64,000 nucleotides of DNA from assembly GCF_006345805.1 (NCBI RefSeq), contig NC_043016.1:28892001-28956000 (forward strand), read 5' to 3'. Numbering within the stretch: position 1 is the stretch's first letter; each line of letters begins with the position of its first letter. The position numbers and the translations under genes are program-made. Below, one piece after another: positions 52,417 to 64,000 of the stretch. This DNA is from Octopus sinensis (Eukaryota). The notes below the pieces were generated by a model. That model was not told the DNA's origin. It was given only the letters and a program-made list of their open reading frames with translations, and made no database searches.

Positions 52417-53931
52417 ACACATGTAAGTATGCATATTTATAGACAGACAGACATATACACATATTTATGTACATAGATGTGTATATGTACACACACACAC
52501 ACACACACAAAGATACAGGGAGAGATATGTATGTATTTATATGTATTTGTGTGTGTGAGTTAAAGTATAGTTATCTTTGACTGACTTCCACTTTCCATGC
52601 TGGCATGTGTCAGGCAATGGTTGTGTTGCAACACAATTCTCATTTGGTGTTACTTCCTTCCTAAATTACTCAAAAGACTATGCTTCATGGCTGGATGCCC
52701 TTCCTAACACCAGCCACTTTACAGAGTGTACTGGGTGCTTTTTACTTTGGCACCATCACTAGAGAGGACGTCTTGTCCTCAACAAGACCAAAGAATCCTC
52801 TTAACCCCGTATTGTTTCTGTCCATATGGGTGGCCACTTTATTGCCTGTACATTCAGAAGAAAGCTACTTCCCTATATAGTGGACAGATGGATTATTTGC
52901 TGGTAATGGCGTACAGTTTCATTACATGATAAGTGTCTACATTTTTTTAATCTTTCAGACCAAATGTTTAGTGTTGAGCAGGCTTTCGAGGATGAGGTTC
53001 TTCTGTACAACTTTCACAGTTTTTATTTGATGTTATAAATGAAAATGTTTTCTTTTGAGGGCAGATGCAGTTAAGTAATTTAGTCATATTTCTCTTTTAG
53101 ATGCATCTGAAATAAAGTGTGACTGTTGTATCTTTATATAGAATTCTTTTCAGTCATACATTTGCACAGTTTATACCTAGGTTTGGTAGATGTTATCTAA
53201 TTTTCATAATTGATGGCTTCTGCACTATTAGACATCTTTAGTATTTTTTCATTAGTAATTGGAAATTTTATATTTTTGATTTTTACCATTCCATTCCATT
53301 TGTAAGATTCATGAATATGCCCTAAAATTTTGCTCAGATTAAACAGTTCTGTAAGCAGTCAGGATCTAAAAAATATTATCTTTTTGAGAAAGACTCAGTC
53401 TGGATCAAGAAATAATCTATGTATAAGGTAGCAGGTTGTCTTAATGTGTTTATATGTATAGACACACTCACATGTATATGTGTAGAATTTCTGTGCAGAC
53501 CAGGGCAAGACCCTTTGAGTAAGACTAGTAGCTACCCATGCATACAAGCTTACACCTCCCTGTGTGCCTTTGATGCTTATCAAATGGAAAAGCCACCAAC
53601 TTGGCCCAGTACAGTTTCCACCAGTGCTGTCAGAGGTGTTGTATCAAAACAGAAAGAGCCAGAACAGATACTAACAAGGCATCTCACCCAGACCTCTGGA
53701 GCTGTATGTTTTCATTAATTATGAAAGGATGAAAGTTTATTCTGTGTGGGATTTGAGCTCAGAGTACAGACAATCAGAACAAATACTGTTGGACATTCCA
53801 TCTGATGCTTAATGATTCTACCAACTCACTGCTTTGAAAATATAAATGTGTACATATAACATATCTATCAATTAGATAGATTAACTTACTTGGAAATGGA
53901 TCATGGTATTCAATCATATAATAATATAAAT

Positions 53932-53983
<52 letters not shown>

Positions 53984-54072
53984 CATATGTGTACATACTG
54001 ACATATTCTTTTACATGTTTCAGTCCAATAACTGTGGCCATGTTGGAGCACCGCCATTGTGTATAAGTACGC

Positions 54073-54736
54073 ATATATGTGTATATGAAAGCATATATGG
54101 GTATAGGATGCCACAAAACGTAAACAACATGAAATACGAAGACAATTGTTTTTTGTGAAGGAGAGAAACAAATGGAAAACAAGACAAGTAACATAAAGAA
54201 TGACCCTTCATCAGTTGTTGGCTGTTTATCTACTCCTTTACTCTCTTGTTGCTTACATATGACCACCGTCCATCTTTTTTTTTCTGCATGCGTTCATCTT
54301 TCTTTTCTTCCAATCTGTTGCATAGACCAGATGTATTCTTGTCTGTCCCCTCTCCTATCTTTTCTCTTGTCAAAGTATGTTCCTCAGTGTTCACCACCTT
54401 ACCCCGTCTCACTTAGCCAGCCCTCACTATTTGTTTCACTTTCCTGTTTTTGCTACCAACTTTGACTCTCCGCAAAATCCCAAATTTTATTTTGGTTTGT
54501 GAGAGCAACTGTTTTCTGTAAGGAACATATTGTCATGAGTTGTTCGAAATGTGGAGTAGATAAACAGCCGACAACTGATGAAGGGTCGTTCTTTATGTTG
54601 CTTGTCTTGTTTTCCATTTGTTTCTCTTGTTCGCAAAAAAAACCGTTTGTCTTCGTATTTCATGTTTTTCATAATTCGGATTTCATGTTTTCATATTTCA
54701 TGTTGTTTACATTTTGTGATGTCCTGTACTCATATA

Positions 54737-54745
<9 letters not shown>
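54073..54745. repeat. Inverted pair of an AT-rich repeat (about 54073-54236 and 54552-54745)
   Basis: Both arms read GGAGTAGATAAACAGCC.ACAACTGATGAAGGGTC...; the paralogous ORFs 53910-54266 (-) and 54499-54861 (+) reflect this. Confidence 0.8.
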
Positions 54746-54775
<30 letters not shown>

Positions 54776-54932
54776 GTATATATGTATATATATATATATG
54801 TCAGTATGTACATATATGTATGTATATATACCTATATATATATATATATATTCATTCATGAACATGTATGTGTGTATACATGTTAATATATAAATGAATG
54901 AATAATAACAGATGAATATTGTGTCAACTCTT

Positions 54933-55178
54933 TACAGCTGTTTCCAATGAATTTTTAATTGATCAATGGAGACATTACATCGTCAGAAAAATCTGTTTTC
55001 ATTAGGTGAATACCCGAACCACAACATTCAAAATCCAGCAAGGGTCATATAATCACGAGGAAGCACATCCCGTTGGATTTTGAATGTTTTGGTTCATGTA
55101 TTCACCCGATGAAAACAGATTTTTCTGACGATGTAATGTCTCCATTGATCAATTAAAACTCCGTTGGAAACAGCTGTA
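54933..55178. repeat. Inverted repeat (107-bp arms, 32-bp spacer) carrying hammerhead-like motifs
   Basis: 54933-55039 versus 55072-55178. Each arm has CTGACGA...GAAACAGCTGTA. Confidence 0.92.
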
Positions 55179-56367
55179 GTTATTTATTCATTTATTATTC
55201 ACCTCTCTCAGAACCTGCTCATTGCATAGATCTGAAGTATATTATGGACCCGGCATTTAATGCAATGTGCATTTCTTGATTAGCCTCAGGGCTCGCAATA
55301 TACTCAGTTGGGTGCAGTTAATCATATACATAACCTGAATAACTGTACCTGCGTATGTATTCTTCTATTTTTGTTGTGTATACATTTTACCATTAAGTGC
55401 CTGATTCACTTGAATTTTGATCTATTATAATACGTAAATATATAGATGTATATATGTATCATCATTTATATATGGATGTATATATATGTGTGTGTGTGTG
55501 TGTAGACATATATATATATATATAATATATATATATATTATATATATATATATATTAAACAGCCGAAATCTGTGATGAGGGATCAGTTTCTGACTGAAGA
55601 ATGAAGGCTTTGAATGACCCGTTTGTCTTTTTGTTCGTCCCTTCGTGTATTTCACGTTATTTATTTATGTAAAGGTTTATTATATATATATTATATATAT
55701 ATATATATATATACATGTGTTTGTAGTCTATATATATTATGCGAAAACAAGTAATGAGAAAATTCAGTTTAGATGAAAATATATATGTAAAAACGAGTAG
55801 TATTTATAGAAAAGGGTTGTTCTTATGGCTACTCGTTGACAGTGTGAGGTAAGAATGATTTTAGTAAAATGACATAACGTAGCTATTTCAATGTACAATG
55901 TCAGTATATGGGCCAGGGGACATAACTCTGTAAAGATGTGTAGCTAGAATCACTTTTTTTGTTGCATGAAGGAAATGTTTAAAATTAATCTAGAAAGTGT
56001 TTTCAAATATTGTTGTAATAAATGTAACGGCCATTGTATTCAGACTGCATATAAACCAGAGTGAAGGTGGTGATGGTGCATGAATGAAAGTATCTTCTTT
56101 GAAGGTCTTAACTATAAAAAGGTTAAAGAAGAGAATAGAGGAGAGATGGGAGAATCGAAGGAAAGAAGGAAAGTATAGAACGATTGGTGGGAAAGTGTTT
56201 GGTGGAGAAAAAAATAGAAGAAAGGGAAGTGGAATATGTGAGAAGATTCCTTTCTTAGAAAATGGGGCAAGGGACATCTGGTTGAAAGAAAAAATTGCTT
56301 CTGTAAGTCTTGTCTGAGCTGTGATAGCATGGAAAAAGTAAAGATTAAAATAATGAAAATTATATAC

Positions 56368-56745
56368 ACAGGGGTGGCTATGTGGTAATAAGTTTGTTTC
56401 CCAACCAATTGGTTCCAAGTTCAGTCCACTTGCATGGCACCTTGGTCAAGTGTATTCCACTGTTACCTTGGGCCAACCAAAGCCTTGTGAGTGGATTTGG
56501 TAGACAGAAACTGAAAGAAGCCTTTGTATACATGTATATATTTATGTTTGTGTCTGTGCTTGTCCACCACACCGATCACTTAACAACCGGTGTTGGTGTG
56601 TTTACATTCCTGTAACTTTGTGGTTTGGCAAAAGAGAATAAGTACCAAGCTTACAAAGAATAAGTCCTGAGGTCGATTTCTTTGACTAAAAGGTGATGCC
56701 CCAGCATGGCTGCAGTCAAATGACTGAAACAAGTAAGACAGTAAA
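56368..56745 (+). mobile_element. SINE family A
   Basis: Colinear with 10745-11124. Confidence 0.8.
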
Positions 56746-56833
56746 AAAATGTGTGTGTATATATATATATGTATGTATGCATGTATAGTAGAATAAGAAC
56801 TAGAAAGTTCAATATTATATATATTTGTAAAAT

Positions 56834-56978
56834 TGAATAGAAATGGCTTTTCTGATAATTTTTCCACTTTAATAGATGTTTATAAATTATTGGATCTTTA
56901 CAAGTGGTAAACACCTAATAATTTATAAACATCTAATTATTAAAGTGGAAAAATTATCAGAAAAGCCATTTCTATTCA
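56834..56978. repeat. Inverted repeat (58-bp arms, one 4-nt bulge, 25-bp spacer)
   Basis: 56834-56891 versus 56917-56978. Confidence 0.92.
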
Positions 56979-56989
56979 TTTTTATCAAA

Positions 56990-57356
56990 TCTCTCTATAT
57001 ATAAACAGCAAAATGTCTGTCTCTGTGTGTGTCCTTTATACAAATCCACAATTTTTCAGTTAGAGGGCTCACACTTTCTATGGTCATTCAAAACCGTCCA
57101 AGGGTGGTCGTGCACATCTTTACATTTCCCCAGTCACCCCACAAAGCCATTAAAAAATCAATACAAGTGACTTTTTGTGAATTTTCTATCCAAAATCCAA
57201 TCAAAATGCCTGAAACTTGATACGCCAATTGAATGCCAGCTAGCTGTATGTGATTGGTCGGAGATTTGGACAGTACTCGCGTGTATGTGCTAACGCATGC
57301 AGCTGTATATGCATGCACTAGCACTATGACCCAGCGCTGCTGGGTCAAAGTGCTGG
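56990..57356 (+). mobile_element. Non-autonomous Helitron
   Basis: A|TC 5' end (TCTCTCTATATATAAAC), 3' GC hairpin GACCCAGC-gct-GCTGGGTC (57328-46), then CTGG|T (CTRR). Inserted between A and T. Confidence 0.82.
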
Positions 57357-57370
57357 TATATATATATATA

Positions 57371-57560
57371 TATTGGGCTATCCCATAAATAATGCTTTTT
57401 TTAATACTACTTTTATTTCTCAAAATTAAGATAAACAAGTTCTTTTTAATCTAAAATATGCTCTCCATTTTCTACAATGCTCTTCCATCTATCTGGTAGA
57501 CTTGCTAGGCCTCTCTTCCAAAATTCACTTGTCTGTGATGAAAAATACTCCTATAGGATT
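57371..57560 (-). mobile_element. mariner transposase C-terminus and TIR
   Basis: Minus strand FSSQTSEFWKRGLASLPDRWKSIVENGEHILD*, followed by a terminal sequence ending ...GCCCAATA. Confidence 0.75.
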
Positions 57561-57898
57561 TATTAAGCCACAGTCAAATGACTGAAACCAGTAAAAGATA
57601 AAAGATATATACACACACACACACATGGCTTAGTGGTCGGTATGTTGCACTCCCAGTCTAGCGATCATGATTTCAATCCCTAGAGCAAGTGGTGTATTGT
57701 GTTCTGAAGCAAAGCACTTCATCTCACATTACTCTGTGATCACTTCAACACTTTTTTTTGTTGTACACTGTGCACCTGGTCTTCAAATATGAGCTAACAT
57801 GTAGCACAAACATTTGACCACTATAAATAAATCATTTGAGCCAGTCATGTGGTAAAAGCTGAATGCTCATATGTCATCTTCTATGGTAGAAGCCATCA

Positions 57899-57929
<31 letters not shown>

Positions 57930-58867
57930 TATATATGAAGGTATACATGTATGTTTATGTATTCATTCATTTGTTCTCTGTCCACTTTTCCTTGTTGAGA
58001 CGGGTTAGACAAAGACTTACTGAACCATATCAAACTGTTTTTTAAGTAATATAATATTTTATGCGTGTATGTATATGTGTATATTAGTACATGTCTGTGT
58101 GTGTGTGTGTGTGTGTGAGTATCCGTGTCTGTGTGTGTACCAACACATCTGTAAGTTTACACTACTATACTTATACACACATACACACACGTGTTCATGT
58201 GTGATTGAGTAAACTTACAACATCCTGTGTTTTGTGTATATCTAAGAGTACTAGTTTATACTTTTTTTTTTTTTTGAGAGCTTTGTTTTCTATTTCAAGC
58301 AAATCAACTTGCAATCTTGGGATTTCCTTATTGGGAGATTTTTGGGGCACCTTATTTTGTCTTTCTGCCTGATGTGTTATGCATAACTGCAAAAATCAGT
58401 CACATGAAACTTTGAGAAGCCATAAAATAATTTTGGTTACCAATTTTCAATTATATACATAAATACAGACAGACAGATATACAAACATACATATACATGT
58501 ATATACAGACATATAGTGGTATAGGTATCTTTTATATATCCATATATATATATTCATATATATATATATTATATCTATATAAATATATGTATATATACAT
58601 ATATAAATATATATATGTGTGTATATAGGTATGTCGGTGCAAACAGGAAAAATAGAACTCAAGATATGAGTATAGCCAATGCATGAAACTCTGAGACTTA
58701 GTCACTCTGTTGCTTCTACTAAATATTAATAAGAATGTGTGTGTGTGTGTGTATATGTATACATATATTTGTGTGCGTGTGTATATATATATAATTTTAA
58801 AAAATACATTATTACATTAACAGCCCTTAATGTAATATGTATGCATATATATATATATATATACATG

Positions 58868-58913
<46 letters not shown>

Positions 58914-59146
58914 TGTATATATACCATGTTCTGTTTTTTTTAAATGTATTTATGTGTGTGTGTTCATACATATACTATATGTATGTGTGTGTGTGTATAT
59001 ATATATATATAATATATATATATATATAATATATATATATATATATAATATATATATATATAATGTGTGTGTGTGTGTGTGTGTATATACGTTTAAATAT
59101 TTGTTGTGCAAGAATTTTTATGTGAAGTTGTGTGTTGAAACAGATA

Positions 59147-59346
59147 TTGTTATATTTCAGAATGGTCATATTGCCAGTTTAGCCAATAAAAACACACGCG
59201 CTATATATTTGGTGTTATTTTGCTTCAGTGATATTTATTTTTTACATTAATCTTAATCTTATAAGGTTAAATAAATAACACCAAATATATAGTGCGTGTG
59301 TTTTTATTGGCTAAACTGGCAATATGACCATTCCGAAATATAACAA
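59147..59346. repeat. Inverted repeat (74-bp arms, 2 mismatches, 52-bp spacer)
   Basis: 59147-59220 versus 59273-59346. Confidence 0.93.
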
Positions 59347-62017
59347 AATGTGTATATATATATATATATATATGTATGTATATACACACACAGACACATG
59401 TGTAAGCACATAAATGCCAAACAAAGTGGAAAAAAATAGTACTTGACTACCAGGGGTAGAGTAATATGCTTTTTTTTTATTAGAGCTGCAACAACATTAC
59501 AAAAAAACTGCAGACCTTATGGCATACATGGCACTGGCAGATATGCACAAATAGATAGGTAGAATAGTTAGTGTACATGCTATTGTTCTATTTAACAAAG
59601 ATCCTTTACATTTACATTATGCATATATGGTAGAATCATAGTGTTGAATATATAACTATTCTCTCTGTTTAACCAAAATCATTTTGAATTGTTTTCTTTT
59701 CCTTCTCTTTATAGCAATTATCTACTGTGCTTACCCAAGGACAACCTACATTAGCTGTATCAGGGATACCTCTTTCTCAACTTACCCAAAGTCCTGCTGT
59801 AAGCTTACATTTATTTGCATTTTATCTTTTGATTTGTTGAATTTTCTTCTTTGTTTTCGCTTAATTAGAATAGATCTATTCTGACGGAGCAGATCTGTAA
59901 ACAAAGTTGTTACAGATAGGGAACACCTCATTGAATTGTTCTGATTCTAGGTTTGTTTTTTAACTGTTTAACATTCAGATTATTCCGTGAAATATGATAC
60001 TTATTTATTCATATTGTTCTGAATTAATCATGCTTTATCTCATGGCTTTAAGACTTTGATGATGTGATTGTTTATTTTTAAAATTACATTGTAGGGTAGG
60101 TGTGAGAGGCTGGACCTTGACAGTTTGAATATAAAACTGAATATTTAGGCCGGCTATGGCTGGTTTAAATGCTAAAGGTTAAAGCCAGTAGTACATGCTT
60201 CGAAGGGGATTTGGCTTCAATTTCTTGTGGGTTCTGTAACTGTATAGAGATTTTCCTATCAGGAAAGGGTTGACATCTCTCTTTCTTTATCTATTAGTCT
60301 ACCTGCCCCTCTCTATCTATCTAACTATCTATTTATCTGTCTGCTCTCTCTCTCTCTTCCTCTCCCCCCTCTCTCTCTCACCTATATTTCATTTTCAAAA
60401 ATGATAAAAAGTAGATCTAAGGTTTAATTACATTCAGAGGAAACCAATGTGTGAATGTTAACTCTTAAATTCCCGCCGTTCTCTCTCTTTATAAATTAGA
60501 AACTAGAGAATTTAATGAAGTGTAATTAGTCCAAGATAAAAAAAAACATAACAATATAAATTATTGCATGAATCTGGATGAAATATTTTGATTCAGTACA
60601 ATAATCATTGGTGTACATTGTTACTGTAGGTTTAACCTTTTTGTCATGTCACTGTCACCTGCCCAGGTAAGTTAGATACAGTTAAATTGATTACACATAG
60701 GTATTTTTACATATATTTATGAGATATCAATTTCCTGTCTCAGAACTGAATTTGAGCTCCAGTTAGTCTTATAACTTGGAGCTGCACAATTCCCATCAGA
60801 AAAAAGAATGTTAAGATATGCCCTCATCTCCACTATTCAAAAATACTGTAAAATTAAGTTACATTCTCCTCATGAATTCACTAGTATCCAGAGACCTAAA
60901 ATATATCAGTTCATTGTCGTTGCTGTTGTTGTTTTATAATGATCCTAGCCACATAGTAATGAAAGTATTGATGCAATTTTAAGTTTGTGATAACACTACT
61001 TTTGCTCAAAATCATAAATCCTGATATTACTTTGATAATGGATGTTTATAGAGGACGCTGAAATATCACTAATTTTCTCCAATTCTAAGCTCCATTTCTT
61101 TAATTAAATCATAAATAGATAATATAACTGAATTCTAATTCATTTCTTGAGGCATTTTCAAACATAATGGCATTTATGCCATTATGTTTGAAAATCAAAG
61201 GCACAAAAATCCAAAGAAGTTAACCCGATAAAATGCAAAAAAATAGAGATTTAGTGCTAACAAGAAATCTCCTTTCTAAATTAAGGTTAGACTGTTTCAC
61301 AGAAGAGTGCTTAGTACCAGATTTTCCATGACCAATAATAATATTTGAATTGCAGTTACATTTAGCTCAGGACTTGGCAACAGATGCACTTATTTGCTGT
61401 ACCTTTATTGCAACAACTAAACACAACATATTCAATGACTAGAGATTATCATCATCATCATCATTTAACTTCTGCCTTCCATGCTGGCATGGGTTGGATG
61501 GTTTGGCAGAAGCTGACCAGGCAGGAGACTGCACCAGACCTCTGTGTCTGTTTTGGGACAGTTTTTACAGCTGAGTGGACAGAGTGCTTTTTGCATGGCA
61601 CAAGCACCAGCGAGGTCAGTTTTGGCATGGTTTTTACAGCAGGATGCCCTTCCAAATGCCAACCACTCTACAGTGTGGACTGGGTGCTTTTTGGCACCAA
61701 CACTGGCAGGGTCACCAAGTAATCTGCAAGACAAAGATCCTTTGAGAGAGGAGAGGAGGCATTAGAGGAGGTGATCTTGTGTCAGATAATGAAAGGTTAT
61801 AGTGAGACAGAGAGACAGAAACAGGTGTCTTGCTGTAGAGGAGGTACATGGTTACCCAGCCAGAGAAAGAGTGAGAGGGTGATCAAAAATGAGGACAGAG
61901 ACAGGTGCACTGCTGTAAAGAAGATATATTGATGGTAATACTTCTTACCTTTTAATTGCTTCAGTAATTGGACTGTGGCTTTGAAGGGTTTCACTCAAAC
62001 AAACGAACCCTAGTACT

Positions 62018-62426
62018 TACTCTTTACTCTTTTACTTGTTTCAGTCATTTGACTGCGGCCATGCTGGAGCACTGCCTTTAATTGAGCAACTCGACCCCGG
62101 GACTTATTCTTTTGTAAGCCCAGTACATATTCTATCGGTCTCTTTTGCCGAACTGCTAAGTAACGGGGACATAAACACACCAGCATCGGTTGTCAAGCAA
62201 TGCTAGGGGGACAAACACACACACACAAACACACACACGCATATATATATATATACATATATACGATGGGCTTCTTTCAGTTTCTGTCTACCAAATCCAC
62301 ACACAAGGCTTTGGTTGGCCCGAGGCTATAGTAGAAGACACTTGCTCAAGGTGTCACGCAGTGGGACTGGACCCGGAACCATGTGGTTGGTAAACAAGCT
62401 ACTTACCACACAGCCACTCCTGCGCC
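62018..62426 (-). mobile_element. SINE family A, full length
   Basis: Reverse complement of 10745-11124, with an (AGAGTAAA)n-type tail. Confidence 0.85.
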
Positions 62427-63051
62427 ACTTACATTTTTTAAAAATTATTTTTTTAAAGTCTGTTACTTATTCTGTCGGTCTCGTTCGCCTAACAACCAAG
62501 TTATGGAGATGTAGACAAACCAATATCTATATAACTTATATTAGGGATTAACTTACTCTATATAGATATCCCTGTCCTTTTTTTTCTCACTGCCTGCAGG
62601 ATAGGATAGTCTGCAAAATGTCCCTATGCTTAACCCTTTTCTTTATTTCTCCGATCTACTTGTATGACCAACAGACTTTATATCTCATTATGAGCATTCA
62701 CATGTAGATTTAAGTTGATGTGATCTAATTGAGCTGTTGTCTGGAACTTTCTAAAGCAACAAGAAGTGTCTGCTGTGAAAATTCTTAGGAAAATGGGCAC
62801 AAACAATATGAATTGAGTTGAATGCAATTGGTATTTCTATAATTTGCAGCAAAGTAAAATAATTATTCTATGATTGTACCTCTTCCAGAATAATAGGCTG
62901 TCAAATAATAAGGTACGCAAAAGTAGAGGTTTGTTTTCTATGAAAACCGACAATGATCATGAATAATTTGTAATTGTGATTTAAAAGATTTATTGGTCTA
63001 TTGTTTTTACATATGGCTCCATATGAAAGAGGATGGTATACTACAAATCTT

Positions 63052-63385
63052 CAGGGTGAGATATCATTAGATGTCAAAATGGTATATCACCTATGTCAGG
63101 ACAATGTAGCTTAGATATCACAATGGTATATCATAATGATATGTCACAATGGTATGTCACCAAATATCACAATAATATATCACCAGATGTCATGATGGTA
63201 TATCACCAGATGTCAATGATATATCATCAGATCTCACTAGATGTCATGATGGTATATCACCAGATATCATGTTGGTATATTGCAACAGTATACTACCAGA
63301 TGTCACAATGATATTTCTCCAGATGTCACAATGTTATTTCACCAGATATCACAAGATGTCACAATTGTATATTACCAGTTGTCAG
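63052..63385. repeat. Degenerate ~23-bp minisatellite
   Basis: Unit approximately GATGTCACAATGGTATATCACCA, roughly a dozen diverged copies. Confidence 0.8.
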
Positions 63386-63650
63386 ATGCTGTTAAAAAGT
63401 TTGAATAAGAATTTTTCAGGAACATTATCAAGGCTTTTTGGTTTTCTTTTTTTTATTATTGAGACAATAGACCTCTACCTACCATCTCAGACAATGTTCA
63501 TAAAATTAATTCAGTGTGATTTAAAGGTAAGCAACAAATGTATAATACAGAAAAAACATTAAACAATTTTGTTTTAAATTACAACTTTTAACTGAAACTT
63601 TCTAAGCAACATAAATGAAATGTTTAAAATACGTTTTTTATTGATTTCAG

Positions 63651-63828
63651 AATTTGTTCCCCCAGTTGTTTTTAACTCCAGCTCAAAAACAATTACATAA
63701 ACAACTCAAATTCAAATCTCAGCAACTGCAACAAACAATTCTCAGACAACAAGAAGAGCTGAGACAAATCACCGAGGAACTTACTCTAGCACAACAGTTC
63801 ATGCCAATTACTGATGCTGCAACTCCAG
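63651..63828 (+). CDS. Clock: Clock coiled-coil exon (homologue of mouse Clock exon 19 transactivation segment)
   Basis: gatttcAG acceptor; CAG|GTAAGA donor. NLFPQLFLTPAQKQLHKQLKFKSQQLQQTILRQQEELRQITEELTLAQQFMPITDAATP contains the RQQEELRxIxExL motif. 178 nt, phase 0 to 1. Confidence 0.92.
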
Positions 63829-64000
63829 GTAAGAATTTCTTCATATTTTTATTTCTTGGAAAAGTGAGTGAGGAGCAAACTGATGTGTAAAACTGGTATC
63901 CTGATTTTAATAACATTCCACCTTATTCAGGATGCACCACTCTATATAGTACACATCAAGCACCATTTGTATTACAATATCTAAGGCGATGAGATAGCAG

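Noticed and set aside
29104-58193. E-boxes CACGTG at 29104, 33623, 34583 and 58188 as autoregulatory sites
   Set aside because: Four in 64 kb is no evident enrichment; two arise at the edge of (CA)n runs and one lies inside a transposon.
53774-59250. Numerous IYIYIY / CVCVCV ORFs
   Set aside because: Translations of (TA)n and (TG)n microsatellites.
56834-59346. Hammerhead motifs in the IRs at 56834-56978 and 59147-59346
   Set aside because: Only isolated CTGATAA or GAAATATA words; no coherent core plus stems.

Overview
AT-rich, repeat-dense eukaryotic genomic DNA. The SINE/LINE families and microsatellite load look like a coleoid cephalopod, probably Octopus (pattern recognition, not a database result). 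The only host gene is a + strand bHLH-PAS Clock orthologue. Eleven coding exons (6928-63828) join with GT-AG ends and matching intron phases into 732 uninterrupted codons: bHLH, PAS-A, PAS-B/PAC, a very large Q-rich exon, and a coiled-coil exon like mouse Clock exon 19. The start-codon exon and the 3' end were not found. The introns hold RTE, R4/Dong, Tx1/L1, CR1 and Penelope-like retroelement relics, two tRNA-like SINE families, mariner relics, piggyBac- and hAT-type MITEs, a Helitron and a Helentron-like element. The top leads are: (i) foldback elements carrying degenerate Penelope-type hammerhead-ribozyme motifs, one with a tRNA-like SINE head; (ii) several long, near-perfect inverted repeats in the Clock pre-mRNA; (iii) a 91-bp TGT...ACA element with a 5-bp TSD and a perfect CRE; (iv) pre-miRNA-like intronic hairpins, one masking a cryptic exon; (v) an expanded 60-bp VNTR with ten TACGTG motifs. 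All coordinates were read by eye; old repeat boundaries are approximate.
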